DNA of 63,764 nucleotides, counting the filler, from Welwitschia mirabilis (taxonomy: Eukaryota), in the NCBI GenBank assembly GCA_051453625.1. It is 5 parts of one record of this genome, joined end to end, with 100 filler letters (N's around TTAATTAATTAA, not from the genome) between each part and the next. Parts side by side here need not be neighbours in the genome. Positions count along the whole stretch, not along the records: positions 19,157 to 50,877 come from JBOZIK010000001.1; 4 more parts are not named here. One strand, written 5' to 3'. This document shows, in pieces, positions 26,601 through 40,689 of this stretch. Position numbers and translations under genes: made by a program. Below the pieces are notes generated by a model. It worked only from the letters and a program-made list of their open reading frames with translations, had not been told where the DNA came from and did not search any database. Position 1 is the first letter of the stretch, and each line of letters opens with the position of its first letter.

Positions 26601-29600
26601 ATTTTTTTGAGGATCATTATTCTTTTCTTTTTGAGGATCATTGTTCTTTTATAAGTTGGTGGATTCCTCAAAAATATTATTAGAAAGATTGTAGAAAGAA
26701 GAGATCTCATTATTTAATGAAATATATTCTAATGTTTCTTAGCTTGATTTCTCATTCTNNNNNNNNNNNNNNNNNNNNNNNNNNNNNNNNNNNNNNNNNN
26801 NNNNNNNNNNNNNNNNNNNNNNNNNNNNNNNNNNNNNNNNNNNNNNNNNNNNNNNNNNAAAAATATCATTAGAAAGATTGTAGAAAGAAGAGATCTCATT
26901 ATTTAATGAAATATATTCTAATATTTCTTGGCTTGATTTCTTATTCTCTCTAAATAACTTCATTAATTCTAAATTGTAATCCTCATCTGAGTTGAGTTAA
27001 TTATTTTTCATTATCTCAATGCTCATCTCCATTAATTTTAAAAGGTGAATCTCATACGCTGGTGGAATTCCTTCATCCTTACAAAATATGTGAGAGTTTG
27101 GAATATGATCTAAGATTTTAATGTCATCATCATCATCATCATCTTCTTCATTATTCTCATCATCTTGTTACATGTTGTTGCTTTTAGTAAAAGGGAAAAT
27201 GTGATCATCATTTCTATCATAGATTTGCTCATGAATGTACTCTTCATTTAATGAGTTATTTTTAAATACCTCAACATCATCATCTAAATAGCCATCCTAA
27301 TNNNNNNNNNNNNNNNNNNNNNNNNNNNNNNNNNNNNNNNNNNNNNNNNNNNNNNNNNNNNNNNNNNNNNNNNNNNNNNNNNNNNNNNNNNNNNNNNNNN
27401 NNNNNNNNNNNNNNNNNNNNNNNNNNNNNNNNNNNNNNNNNNNNNNNNNNNNNNNNNNNNNNNNNNNNNNNNNNNNNNNNNNNNNNNNNNNNNNNNNNNN
27501 NNNNNNNNNNNNNNNNNNNNNNNNNNNNNNNNNNNNNNNNNNNNNNNNNNNNNNNNNNNNNNNNNNNNNNNNNNNNNNNNNNNNNNNNNNNNNNNNNNNN
27601 NNNNNNNNNNNNNNNNNNNNNNNNNNNNNNNNNNNNNNNNNNNNNNNNNNNNNNNNNNNNNNNNNNNNNNNNNNNNNNNNNNNNNNNNNNNNNNNNNNNN
27701 NNNNNNNNNNNNNNNNNNNNNNNNNNNNNNNNNNNNNNNNNNNNNNNNNNNNNNNNNNNNNNNNNNNNNNNNNNNNNNNNNNNNNNNNNNNNNNNNNNNN
27801 NNNNNNNNNNNNNNNNNNNNNNNNNNNNTTTCTAACTATTTTATTACTATTATCCTCAAGTTTGTTTTTACACTTCCCAAAATTTTTTATAGGGGTGATT
27901 TTATCACTATTCATTTTTGAGAAAAATGGGAGGAAGAGTATCATTAGTTCAAGATGAAGATAGGTTCTTAAAGATGATTCAATTTTAAAAATAAAATGAG
28001 CTTGAAAAAATAATGTGTGAACTTATAGTTTGTGCTCTTATCCTTTTGAAATACTTTCTTCTATTAGTAGCTATTTTTTCTTTAATAAGCCTTTTTCTGG
28101 ACCGACTATGTCACAGTTCTTGCAAAGAGAAAAAACAAAAAACAAATAAAAAATAACACTATCATCTTGTCTATTGTGGGGATGAAAAATGAAATGATAC
28201 TCATAGAAAATCAAAAAATAGAAATAAAAACAAAAGATAAAAAACACAGGAAAATAGATTATCATCCAACTAGTCGTTTAGATGTCATAGGAGATGATTG
28301 AGAATTATTTTATTTTAAAAAAACTAAAATTCCAAAAATAAAACCAAAACTAAAAACTACACACAAAAACCCTATAGTTCCTAATTAAATCTAATGCCGC
28401 ATAGGTAAATAATCAAATAGAAGTTTAATATACTCACTTGAATGCAACCTTTGTACTTCTTAATAGCCTTCATTGGCAATGGCATCAATTTGTTGTGATG
28501 TGTATTTGTGTAAGTTTTTACATTTAAAGAGATCATGGCATTTATAACCAAAATAGATATCTTACATAATACATCACACTAGTATGAGTGGAAGTAGACC
28601 CAAAATGTGGTATCTCATTGAAGTTTGTGAGATGAGGATCAGGTTACTTTGCAAATGAAACTAGGAACCAAAAATAGATAATAATGTAAGAAATAAAAGT
28701 ATAATGAAAATGTAATATACAATCTAAACTAACATGCAATGCAAAAATAACCCTAAATCTACTTGCTTTTAGCCTTAACAAAGGCTGCCCTTAATGATCT
28801 ATGTCACCAAAGAAATTGTTACTAGATCAAAGACAATTATAAATCATAAGGGTAATCAGAAAACCTAAGATAAAACATGAAAAGAAAACAAAGTTTTATA
28901 TTAAAAGAGTAATAACATATGGATTACAAAATAGCCAAGTCTTAATAAAGGATATAAAACCCTCCACCAAATGAACATCTTTTTGCAACACTCATAGATG
29001 GATCTCTTGCCCTTTGAATTTCTCTCACAAGGATTTTTGATGAGAAGGAGAGTCGAACGGGGATTTATTTATAATAACATNNNNNNNNNNNNNNNNNNNN
29101 NNNNNNNNNACTAGATGCACTCATAGATGACTCAAAAATGGAAGAAATGATGGGTCACAGTCAAAGTCATTTACATGTCACTGTCATCCAGACTATCATC
29201 TGGACAACATGGGGGATGACAACACATTATAAAATATTCTGAAAATGATAACTCAGTAATCCACATCAATGGTCACTACCTATCATGGAGATAATGGAGG
29301 GGATGATAGTCGTATTTTATCATTTTTTTTAAGAGAACTTTAACATTTTTATCAGTAATCCTTCNNNNNNNNNNNNNNNNNNNNNNNNNNNNNNNNNNNN
29401 NNNNNNNNNNNNNNNNNNNNNNNNNNNNNNNNNNNNNNNNNNNNNNNNNNNNNNNNNNNNNNNNTTCAAAGCTTTGTACATTAGAAAGTACCTTTAATAC
29501 AACAAATATGTCTAAGAATAACACATTTCTAAGATTTCCTCTTGTATTTCCAAAATCCTTAGGATTTTACCTAAATGTATATAAAAGTCCTGCAAAAGAA

Positions 29601-29643
29601 CTCATAAAATCCTATCAAATAACCTTAAATTGACAGTGCAATA
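23641..29643 (-). mobile_element. Athila-like pol-less element, unit 2 (LTR 28491-29643, PBS 28471-28490)
   Basis: Minus-strand LTR start tattgcactgtcaatttaagg; end catcacaaca|aattgatgccattgccaatg; internal region homologous to unit 1; no RT/INT motifs in the sequenced part. Confidence 0.75.
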
Positions 29644-32600
29644 ACCTACTTTTAGATGAATTCTTATATCTTCTTTCTTCTATTCTCAAAATTAAAGTAG
29701 AATACTTAGTTTCAGTGTTTGTTTTGATCATAACTATTTTTTTGACAACTCTAATAGTTATAACATTTTATCTATAGCTTTTTTTCATGATTTAGAAACT
29801 TTTATCATTAATGAGTTATAATCCAAATTAGACATATAAAACCCCTTTATTAGCCATTTAAAGTTGTAGTTTTACTTAAAAAAATTCTAAACTATGAAAC
29901 CTTATTTTTTTACTTTTTGCATAATGAATTTCTTTATCATTACTAATGTGTTTTTAGAAATTCAAGATTCTATATTATAATTGTTTTTTATTACTTGTAA
30001 AATATTTAATCTATTTGTTTTTCGAGTTTTAAAGTTTTTTTTAATATTCTTAGTTACATCGAGATTTACTATAATTGTTGAAAATTTTTTTCTAGATAAA
30101 CTATTTTTATCGATTTCCATTAATTCTATTAGATCTTAAATGTTTAATTTTAGAAACTTATTTTAGGAGATATTTTTAGTATTTTAAAGGTTCTAAGAAT
30201 GTTTAGGTATATTTTTCTAAATTTCATCTCTCTCATTTATTTTCTTACCTTCTATTGTCAAAATATCTTGACATTGACTAAGTGTTGCTTTAGTTTAATA
30301 AACATTTATATGTTATTTTTTGTTAATTACTTATTAATTTGGAATTTAATTTATATTTTTAATTGCTTTATAACTAATTTTATGATAAATCCAGGATATA
30401 TTTCAAGTCAATATATTAAAATTTAATGAAATTCTTGTGAGTTAAATGGTTTTCTATGCTAATTTAAAAAATTATACTTTTTAAATAATATATTTATTTT
30501 ATAACTTATTGTAGATTTTATATAGAATGGTATAATATGTTTGAATTTCTCATTTACATTCATATTATAAGATTTTAAGTGCTGAACTTTGTTGCGATCC
30601 CAAATTATCATGTTTTAATGGTATAATTGATGATGTTTTGCAGGGAACAGGAACTCAATTCAGTCATTTTCATGCATTTTATCATAATCTGATCTAACAA
30701 TCTANNNNNNNNNNNNNNNNNNNNNNNNNNNNNNNNNNNNNNNNNNNNNNNNNNNNNNNNNNNNNNNNNNNNNNNNNNNNNNNNNNNNNNNNNNNNNNNN
30801 NNNNNNNNNNNNNNNNNNNNNNNNNNNNNNNNNNNNNNNNNNNNNNNNNNNNNNNNNNNNNNNNNNNNNNNNNNNNNNNNNNNNNNNNNNNNNNNNNNNN
30901 NNNNNNNNNNNNNNNNNNNNNNNNNNNNNNNNNNNNNNNNNNNNNNNNNNNNNNNNNNNNNNNNNNNNNNNNNNNNNNNNNNNNNNNNNNNNNNNNNNNN
31001 NNNNNNNNNNNNNNNNNNNNNNNNNNNNNNNNNNNNNNNNNNNNNNNNNNNNNNNNNNNNNNNNNNNNNNNNNNNNNNNNNNNNNNNNNNNNNNNNNNNN
31101 NNNNNNNNNNNNNNNNNNNNNNNNNNNNNNNNNNNNNNNNNNNNTATAAATTATCTTTAGAATCATATTGAATATCCATAAGAAACTAGTTATTCCTATT
31201 TTATTCTATTTTACTTTTTAAGTCTCATAAAATTATGCTTTTACACATGTAGTTCTTTATCACAATTATAAGTTATTGTTTGTAATTACTTGTATGTCAC
31301 ATGAAAGAAAGAATTGATTTAACATGTAACCAATAAATTACATTATTATGTTAAATATACATTTATTTTTATAAGATCTTGTAGAATGATTTTCTTGTTT
31401 TAAAAATTGAGTTTTTTTTTCATTTGTTTTGTTTACTTGTTGAAACCAAAATCCCCATAAGAAGCATATTGAAAAATGAAGTATTATATGAAGGAAGAAT
31501 AAAGATTTTTCATAACATCTAGAATAGTAACACCATAAAGAAAACATAGGCTTTCAANNNNNNNNNNNNNNNNNNNNNNNNNNNNNNNNNNNNNNNNNNN
31601 NNNNNNNNNNNNNNNNNNNNNNNNNNNNNNNNNNNNNNNNNNNNNNNNNNNNNNNNNTTCCTTTTTAAATCTCATAAAATTATGCTTTTACACATGTAGT
31701 TCTTTATCACAATTATAAGTTATGTTTTGTAATTACTTGTATGTCACATGAAAGAAAGAGTTGATTTATCATGTAATCAATAAATTGCATTATTATGTTA
31801 AATATACATTTATTTTTATAAGATCTTTTAGAATGATTTTCTTGTTTTAAAAATTAAGTTTTTTTTTCATTTGTTTTCTTTACTTATTGAAACCAAAATC
31901 CCCATAAGAATCATATTGAAAAATAAAGTATTATATGAAGGAAGAATAAAGATTTTCCATAACATCTAGAATAGTTAACACCATAAAGAAAACATAGGCT
32001 TTCAACTAATACAAAGTCTACAGCCTCAATCATCAAATATAAAGCATGTCCATAAGATAATGGCCAATGTATTATTAAAAAATTGGTAAACAACGCCTTC
32101 ACAAACTTTTAATTACAATATATTTATTAAGAATTTTTCGATGTAGAATTTCAAATGAAGTTAATTTATTATTCTTTTAGTACAAATGTACTACCACATT
32201 CGAATCTTCTATAAAATCAATAGATTAGCCATTGATTAGATTTGATATTTTTTTAATTTTATTGAGATCAAATTTAGAATAGTCCTTTATGAGTGGGATA
32301 GTTCCTGTAGTGTAGCTAAAAGAACTAAAAACCAAGTCAGAACATTTTCTAAATACTATAATTTTTAAATTTATTTTTCATCTTTTAACTTTTCTAATAG
32401 TTTGTATTAATGTCTTTTATGGATGGCCTATCTAGATATAATCAAATTAAAATCAACCTATAAAATCAACTCAAAATTATTTTTTTGATACATTAAGGAA
32501 TGTTTTACTATGCCATAATGCCTTTTGTTTTGAATGTTATCGCAAAACATGGAGTTATGTTAAGTATTATTCATAGTAGCACTAGTTCTAGGAATGGTGG

Positions 32601-33049
32601 TGCCAGTTATTATGCTAAGAAGATTTATACTTATGTTCCTAATATTTATAAACATAGAAGTAAACTATTCCCAAATTAAAATTCTATTGAAAAGGGTTAA
32701 ATAATTAAAAAATATAGCATCTCAAAACACCACATTTGTTATCAGACAACCATGTTTTGTATGCTATGAATAGCTTAGGTGGGAACGGCATGTTCTTTTT
32801 AAGTAATTATAATATAAATATTCCTTTAAAAATAATCCTTTTTATTTTAACTTTATTTAGAGGTCAAATTCTCAAAGGCAAATATAAGAAGAAGCAAATT
32901 CTATATATGTCAAAAAGAAAAATTAGTAAAGCCATAAGAGCAACATAGTTATCTTATGTTATAGTAACAAATGATGGTAAATTTTAATTGCTAGAAAAGC
33001 TATGTAAATTTCATGAAATATTTAAAGACAAACATGATTACCACTAAAA

Positions 33050-36000
33050 AGAAAGATCAAATATACTATAGATCTTATACCTCATGCACAACCTATTCCA
33101 CGAGCTCCATATCAATTTTCAATTATGAAATAATGGAACTTAAGTTGAAATTAGAGCAACTAGTAAAAAAAGAAAAAAATTAGGCAAATTTTGTTATAAT
33201 GGAAAGCCCTAGTACTATTTTTTAATAATAATAATGGATTTATTTACCTATGCATTGAATATTATCAATTAAGTAAGGCAACCATTAAGAATAAATACTA
33301 ATTACCTTAAATTGATAATCTATTTAATCAGTCAAGGAAATAAGGTACTTCATTAAGATAGATCTAAATTTAGGATATCATTAAATATGCATCAAGGAAA
33401 TAGATATTCCAAAAAATGTGTTTAAAACTAAAGACGACTACATTAAGTTCATAGTAATACTTTTTAGTCTAATAAATGCTCTAGTTACCTTCATGACAAT
33501 AATGAATAACATTTTTCATACTTACTTGAATTAGCTTATAGTTGTTTTTATGTTAAGATATTTTGGTATACTTTAAAAGTAAGAAGCAACATATCTAACA
33601 CTTAAAGATAGTTTTACAATTGCCTAAAGATCATGTTAAGAAAATATGAATTCTTTATAAACTTAGTTAATTATTTAGATCATGTTATATTAGAAAAAGG
33701 TATTTAAACATATTCTAATATAGTGAAGGTAGTAAGGAAATGGCTAGAACTAAAGGATTCCATTGATGTGAAGAGTTTCTTACATGTTATAGGATTTCAT
33801 AAGCTATTCCTTCAACATTTTTCCAAAATTGCAAGTCAACTAATGGATCCAACCCAAGAAAAAGTACCATTTTGTTTTAATAATAGATGTAAAGAGATTT
33901 TTCTTTACTCCATACTTTTATTAGCTTTATTACTAATACTAAATATTTAAGAAATGGATAAAGAGTTTCTCATAGTAATAGGTGCATGTGAGGAAGGAAC
34001 TAAAAAAATTCTAATATAAGAAGGAGGTGTAATTACATATGAATCATAAAAACTTAATAAACATGAATGTGAGTATTCTATACATGACCTAGATATATTA
34101 GCCATTATCCATGATTTAAAGAAATGGAGATGCTATCCTCTAGAAGGTAAGTTTACAAAACAAATTAACCATAAAATCTTGGAATTTTTATAGAAATAGT
34201 CTATCCTAAACNNNNNNNNNNNNNNNNNNNNNNNNNNNNNNNNNNNNNNNNNNNNNNNNNNNNNNNNNNNNNNNNNNNNNNNNNNNNNNNNNNNNNNNNN
34301 NNNNNNNNNNNCAAAATTGCAAGTCAACTAATGGATCCAACCCAAGAAAAAGTAACATTTTGTTTTAATAATAGATGTAAAGAGATTTTTCTTTACATCC
34401 CACTTTTATTAGCTTTATTACTAATACTAAATATTTAAGAAATGGATAAAGATTTTCTCATAGTAATAGGTGCATGTGAGGAAGGAACTAAAGAAATTCT
34501 AATATAAGAAGGAGGTGTAATTGCATATGAATCATAAAAACTTAATAAACATGAATGTGAATATTCTATACATGACCTAGAGATATTAGCCGTTATCCAT
34601 GCTTTAAAGAAATGAAGATGCTATCCTCTAGAAGGTAAGTTTAAAAAATGAATTAACCATAAAAACTTGGAATTTTTATAGAAATAGCCTATCCTAAACA
34701 TTAGATAGTAATGATGGATGAAACTCTTGGAATATATGACTTTGATCTTAAGTAAACAATAAGAAAAAAGAATAAAGGGGCTAATGCTCTAAGCCAAATG
34801 TGATATATGTTGATCTACAATATTAGATCAGAAATGGCCAAATAGATAAAGGCACAAATACTTTAGGATAAAATACTTGAAGAAATTAGGAAAAAAATAT
34901 TGAAGCAAGAATAAGTTTAACTGTATCATTTAATCTCAAATGATAGACTAACGAGAAATAGATAGGTCTACATTTTACAAGGACCATGATATTAACAACT
35001 TCTATGAGAGATCTATGAAGTATCATTTGTGGGAAATACTAGATTGGCAAAAAAGTATGCCACATTAGATGATAATATTATTGATGAAGACTAAAAAATC
35101 AAATAAAGAACTTTATAGAATGCCCAATTTGATAAAAGATCAAAGTGAAATAATAAAAAATAATATTATTCTTAAAGCCATTAGAAGTACCACCCTAGAA
35201 ATGAAAGGAGATTACAATAGATTTTATTACAAGATTACCTAACATAGTTAGACAACATGATGTAATATTTATATGTATTGATATATTAATGAAGATGGAT
35301 CACCTCATCCCAATTAAGATGATAATAATAGAAGAGGATATTTTTAGATAATTTATAAGGAAGATATTTAAATTACATGGATTATAAAAATTGTTATCTT
35401 TAGTTGTAATAGAAAATTTATATCTAGTTTTTAATAAGAATTCTTTAAGAAATTGGGAATACAAATCTTCTCTAGTACAAACTTTCATATTGAGAGTAAC
35501 AGAAAAACCAAGTAGGTAAACCATCTATTAAAGGACATACTAAGAAGATATATAATAGGAAAATACACTAGGTGGAAAGAATACCTACATTTAGTGGATA
35601 TTGCTTATAATCAAGCATACTAGTCCTCCATTAAGTGCTCTAAATTCAAAGATTTATATGATAGGAACTATGCATTCCTAATTACTTAGACAAATTTAAT
35701 TTATAGAGAAAAATAATAGTAGAAAGAAACTCAAAGAATGGAGAAAATCATTAAAAAGATCTAGAAGCAATTACAAGATCCCCAAGATAGGTACAAAATT
35801 ACTTTTATGAAGAACATTTCCATGTAACTTTTCAAGTTAGTGATCAAGTTTTACAAAGAATGAATCAAAAAAGAACATCTTTTAGGTTAGGAAAATATGG
35901 CAAGTTGGCTTCTTTATTTTATGAACCCTTTTCCATTATGCAAAGGATTGATGAATTAGCTTATAGACTTGACCTCCCTGCTAAATGATTTCATGTGTAT

Positions 36001-36612
36001 TGGGTCTTCCATGTTAGCCTTATAAAATTATAATATTTAGAAAAATTTGATCATTATATAGTCAAGTAATATCTAATATAACTTTCACTATCAAACTAAT
36101 TAATAAAGATAAGGAAAAAAAAAATTAAAAGAAAAAAATCATTAGGAAAGCATAAATTAAATAGTCTTATTCTGATTAACATAGTTGGAAAAATTAAGAA
36201 TTTATATAACAAACTTATCCAAAAATATTTATTAATGAGAAGGAATATTAACCCATTTTTAAACATTATAGTGGAATAGAAAGAGGATGAAGAATAAGAG
36301 GAAGAATAAGCTAACATATAAAATAATTCCCCTAAGGAACAAACATTTGAGGATGAACATCAATCCTAAAGGGGAAGAGTCTATCATGATTCATTTTTTC
36401 CATGAGAAAACACCATCCAATTTCATATTTATTAGTTATATCTGTTATAATTATTAAAATGATGTAAACAATTGTTGAAAGGAAATGATCCTTAACTACA
36501 CTCAATAATGATGAGTCACAACTCTAATGAAATATCATAATAACCTTTCACCATTATTAAAATAAGGGAAATTAAAGAGTAAATGGCATGCATGGGAATT
36601 TCACAAGTATAT
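33050..36612 (+). mobile_element. Chromovirus-type Ty3/gypsy pol remnant (RT-RNase H-integrase-chromodomain), PPT 36368-36381 and start of 3' LTR
   Basis: TIDLIPHAQPIPRAPY; CIEYYQLSKATIKNKY*LP*IDNLF; KIDLNLGYH; EYSIHDLEILAVIHALKK; KEITIDFITRLP; AYRLDLP...VFHVSLIK; aaaggggaagagtc|tatcatg. Confidence 0.92.
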
Positions 36613-39600
36613 TAGGTTGGAGAATACTTTTGAAGCTCTACTAGGGTTTTATAGCTCTATTAGGATTTAGTGGATCTAGAGCATAAGAGAAAGTGAGGCT
36701 TGGATGACCACAGATCAGTGGGGATAGTTTTAGTTTTTGGTCATGACATGTAGAAGATGATTTCATCTAATAGATAGTCTATCTGTAAGTGAGTTATAGA
36801 ATTTTTTGAAATCTTAGTTATGATCCATTTTAGGAATTTTTTTCAAAGGGTTAATTCCTCAAAAGGGAGAAGACTCAGTTCTCTAGGGAAGGGAAAATCC
36901 TAGTTTTGGATATTAATACAGGTGCTTGCTCTAAGATTAAGAAGAAGCTCNNNNNNNNNNNNNNNNNNNNNNNNNNNNNNNNNNNNNNNNNNNNNNNNNN
37001 NNNNNNNNNNNNNNNNNNNNNNNNNNNNNNNNNNNNNNNNNNNNNNNNNNAATCTTAGTTATGATCCATTTTAGGACTTTTTTCAAAGGGTTAATTACTC
37101 AAAAGGGAGAAGACTCAATTCTCTAGGAGAGAAAAAATCCTAGTTTTGGATATTAATAAAGGTGCTTGCTCTAAGATTGAGAAGAAACTCTAGTACAATT
37201 TAATCATAAAGTTCATTTCATCTAATCTAAGATCGAGGCTAGATCAGATCAAAGACTAGATGGTAACTAGTAAGGTTAAAGTTATTGCTATGCCGAAAGG
37301 GTNNNNNNNNNNNNNNNNNNNNNNNNNNNNNNNNNNNNNNNNNNNNNNNNNNNNNNNNNNNNNNNNNNNNNNNNNNNNNNNNNNNNNNNNNNNNNNNNNN
37401 NNGGATATTAATAAAGGTGCTTGCTCTAAGATTAAGAAGAAGCTCTAGTACAATTTAATCATAAAGTTCATTTCATCTGATCCAAGACCGAGGCTAGATC
37501 AGATCAAAGACTAGATGGTAACTAGTAAAGTCAAAGTTATTGCTATGCCGAAAGGGTTAATGCTTTTCTAGTTTAATAATAAATGAGATCAGATAAGATA
37601 ATCATAAGGGGACATTAATTCTTTAGGATGAGGGATCTCATCCTAGCCAAATGGATGCCAAGGGTGCAATCAGACTTAAACCTATTTAGGAAGTTATCAA
37701 TATGGATCCACATCCACATGTTTCCATTAGAGTTTTGGGATGAACATATCTTGAGGAAAATTGCTTCCAAGTTTAATGAACTGATCAATCTAGGTAGGAT
37801 TACTATTAAATAGATGAGACTAGTCTTAGCTAGGTTTTTTATGTGGAGGAGTTTAAAGGACACAAGGAATATATAATCCATAAAATTTAGATCTAAATGG
37901 GGTACTTGTAATCTTTAAGTTACTTACGAAAACTTCCTAGTCCCATGTAATGTNNNNNNNNNNNNNNNNNNNNNNNNNNNNNNNNNNNNNNNNNNNNNNN
38001 NNNNNNNNNNNNNNNNNNNNNNNNNNNNNNNNNNNNNNNNNNNNNNNNNNNNNAAAGGATACAAAGAATATATAATCTAAAAAATTTAGATCTAAATGGG
38101 GTACTTGTAATCTTTAAGTTACTTATGAAAACTTCCTAGTCACATGTAATGTTTGTAAAAATTAGGACACATTTTAGGGATATGTGTTTCTTCTGAAAAG
38201 ATATGCTTCCATTATGATAGTATGGGTTACTTAACAGAAGAATGTAGAAAATGGTTAGTTTATCTTAAACAAAAATAAAATAAAACCTATACTTTTTATC
38301 AGAATACCAAACATAAATAAAGCATGTATTAGCATAAATAAAGGAAGGAAAACTCTATTAAAAGTACTATAGTTTTCCCTAAGGAAACTAAGAGAACCAA
38401 GGAGAAAAAGGTACAAGAAAGGGAGTATAACTCCTTCCAACTTTTTATGGAAGAAGAGAACTCTTAGCAACCTCAAAACCCATTAAATAATGATGAGTTA
38501 ATGATGTGAAAATTCAAATGAAAGAAATACCCCATAATAAAACCCTTTGAAAAAAGAAAACAATAGAGAATGTGGCCATAAGCTTCCAAGACACCATTAA
38601 AGATACACTCAAAAAAGGTCAAGCACTTAAAAAGGGGTAAAAAAAAATCCAGTGAATTATCTTTCATCGAATTATAATGAATTACGATTCTCCTATAAGA
38701 AAACGATCTTAAGAAATATTATTGGTTATTTTAATATTCAAAAAACCTAGTCTTAGTTCAGATTGATTTTATTTTATCTATAAGAACTAAAAATGAAAAA
38801 TGGTATGAAAATGGAAAGTTTAGGGCAGCAATGGAATTTTTTACCTATGTAGTCCAAGGTAATTCTAGAGGTCTCATGATTTTTGCAAAAAAGGAGGTAG
38901 ATCTAATTAATAGCAATAAGAACTACATCATAATATTTGTTAAGGAAGAATATTAAACTATAATAAATGTCTATAGTTCTTAAAGTAATATCTTGGAGGA
39001 ATTATAGCACAAAGTGATGGCTCATTATAAAGCACTTTAATTAATGTCTACATGGCTAGGAAAAATTAGGGGAAGATAACTAGAATTGAAGAGGAGATTC
39101 AATCCTAAAATACTTTTTGGCTTAAAATATTCTTATAGATGTCCATATTACTAGATGCAAATACACATAGTCTAATAGAAGAACAGGAAACAATTTGATC
39201 ATGTCTAGGATTGACAGAATCCTCATTAGTAAGGATTTAGATAAGCTTCCAATTAAATCCTATGACTTAAATAGAATAACTTTAGATCACCATTCTATTA
39301 GACTTAGAGTGGAGGCGATTACATTCTGAAAAACACTATTTCACATGAAACAGTATTAGATTNNNNNNNNNNNNNNNNNNNNNNNNNNNNNNNNNNNNNN
39401 NNNNNNNNNNNNNNNNNNNNNNNNNNNNNNNNNNNNNNNNNNNNNNNNNNNNNNNNNNNNNNTGAAGAGAAGATTCAATCCTAAAATATTTTCTAGCTCG
39501 AAATATTCTTATAGATGTCCATATTACTAGACGCAAATACACCTAGTCTAATAGAAGGACAGGAAACAATTTGATCATGTCTAGGATTGATAGAATCCTT

Positions 39601-39900
39601 ATTAGTAAGGATTTAGTTAAGCTTCCAATTAAAGCCTATGGGTTAAATAGAATAGTTTTAGATCACCATGCTATCAGACTCAGAGTGGAGGCGATTACAC
39701 TCTGAAAAACTTTATTTCACATGAAATAGTATTAGATTAATGAAATAGAAACCAAAACATTGATGGAAAAAATTTGGGCCTAGTATGATGGGATACAACT
39801 CATAATGTTCCTTTGTAGAGGCCTCAATACTTTAAAAGATCATATAAAGGATTAGAAAAGGAAATATAAAGAAATATTTAAGTCCAAAGTAGATATTAAG
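36613..39900 (+). mobile_element. L1-clade LINE remnant: ORF1 (DUF4283-like plus zinc knuckles) and ORF2 AP-endonuclease, 3'-truncated
   Basis: LILAKWMP...SIWIHIHMFPLEFWDEHILRKIAS (ORF 37628-37813); YENFLVTCNVC; QGNSRGL; INVY; KYT*SNRR...MSRIDRILIS; LDHH. Confidence 0.88.
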
Positions 39901-39954
39901 AAAGAAATTAGAGGAGGGAGTAGACTAAGATAGTCTCCATAACCAGGAATATCA

Positions 39955-40400
39955 GTTCTTATTAGAACTCTAAGAAATAAATGTTAAGCAAAAATATTTA
40001 TTAATGAGAAGGAATGTTCACCTATTTTTAAATATTATAGTGGAATAATAAGAGGATGAATAATAAGAGGAAGAACAAGTCAACATATAAAAAAAAATCC
40101 CCTAAGAAACAACCAATTAAGGTTGAACATCAATCTTAAAGGAGAAGAGTCTATCACAATTTCTTTTTTTTAATGTAAAAATGCCATCTAGTTTTACATT
40201 TATTAGTTATAGTTGTTATAATTATTAACATGATGTAGATAATTATTCAAGGGGAATGATCCTTATGGAGGTAATTACACTTAGTAATGATGAGTCACAA
40301 GTATTTTAAAATGTTATAATAACCTTTTACCATCATTAAAATAAGGGAAATAAAAGTGTAAAGGGAATGCATGGGACTTTCATAGGTATATAAAGTATTT
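39955..40400 (+). mobile_element. Second, diverged copy of the gypsy chromodomain-PPT-LTR start
   Basis: Aligns with ~36190-36612; PPT aaaggagaagagtc|tatcac at 40138-40151. Confidence 0.85.
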
Positions 40401-40689
40401 AACATGCTAGCCTAGCCTCCCTAGTGATTCCACAAACTAGATCTTAAAGGTAGCATGATTTATTCATTTCACTATATCAAGGACTTATGTTTAATATGAA
40501 GAGGTATTTTTCAACTATGATTAATAAAGAAATGATGTTTTTAGAGCTAGACTAATTATTCTTTTACTCTTTTAAATTCCTATTTTATTTAAATGAATTT
40601 GGAAAATCAAAAATCCATTGGATGATAATTTTGTAGGTCATGTTATTAAGCTTTTTACTTGATTAATCATAACATTAAAAATAGTTTAA

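Noticed and set aside
29720..29900. Possible non-autonomous DNA-transposon-like sequence
   Set aside because: No TIRs, TSD or Helitron termini could be identified by eye.
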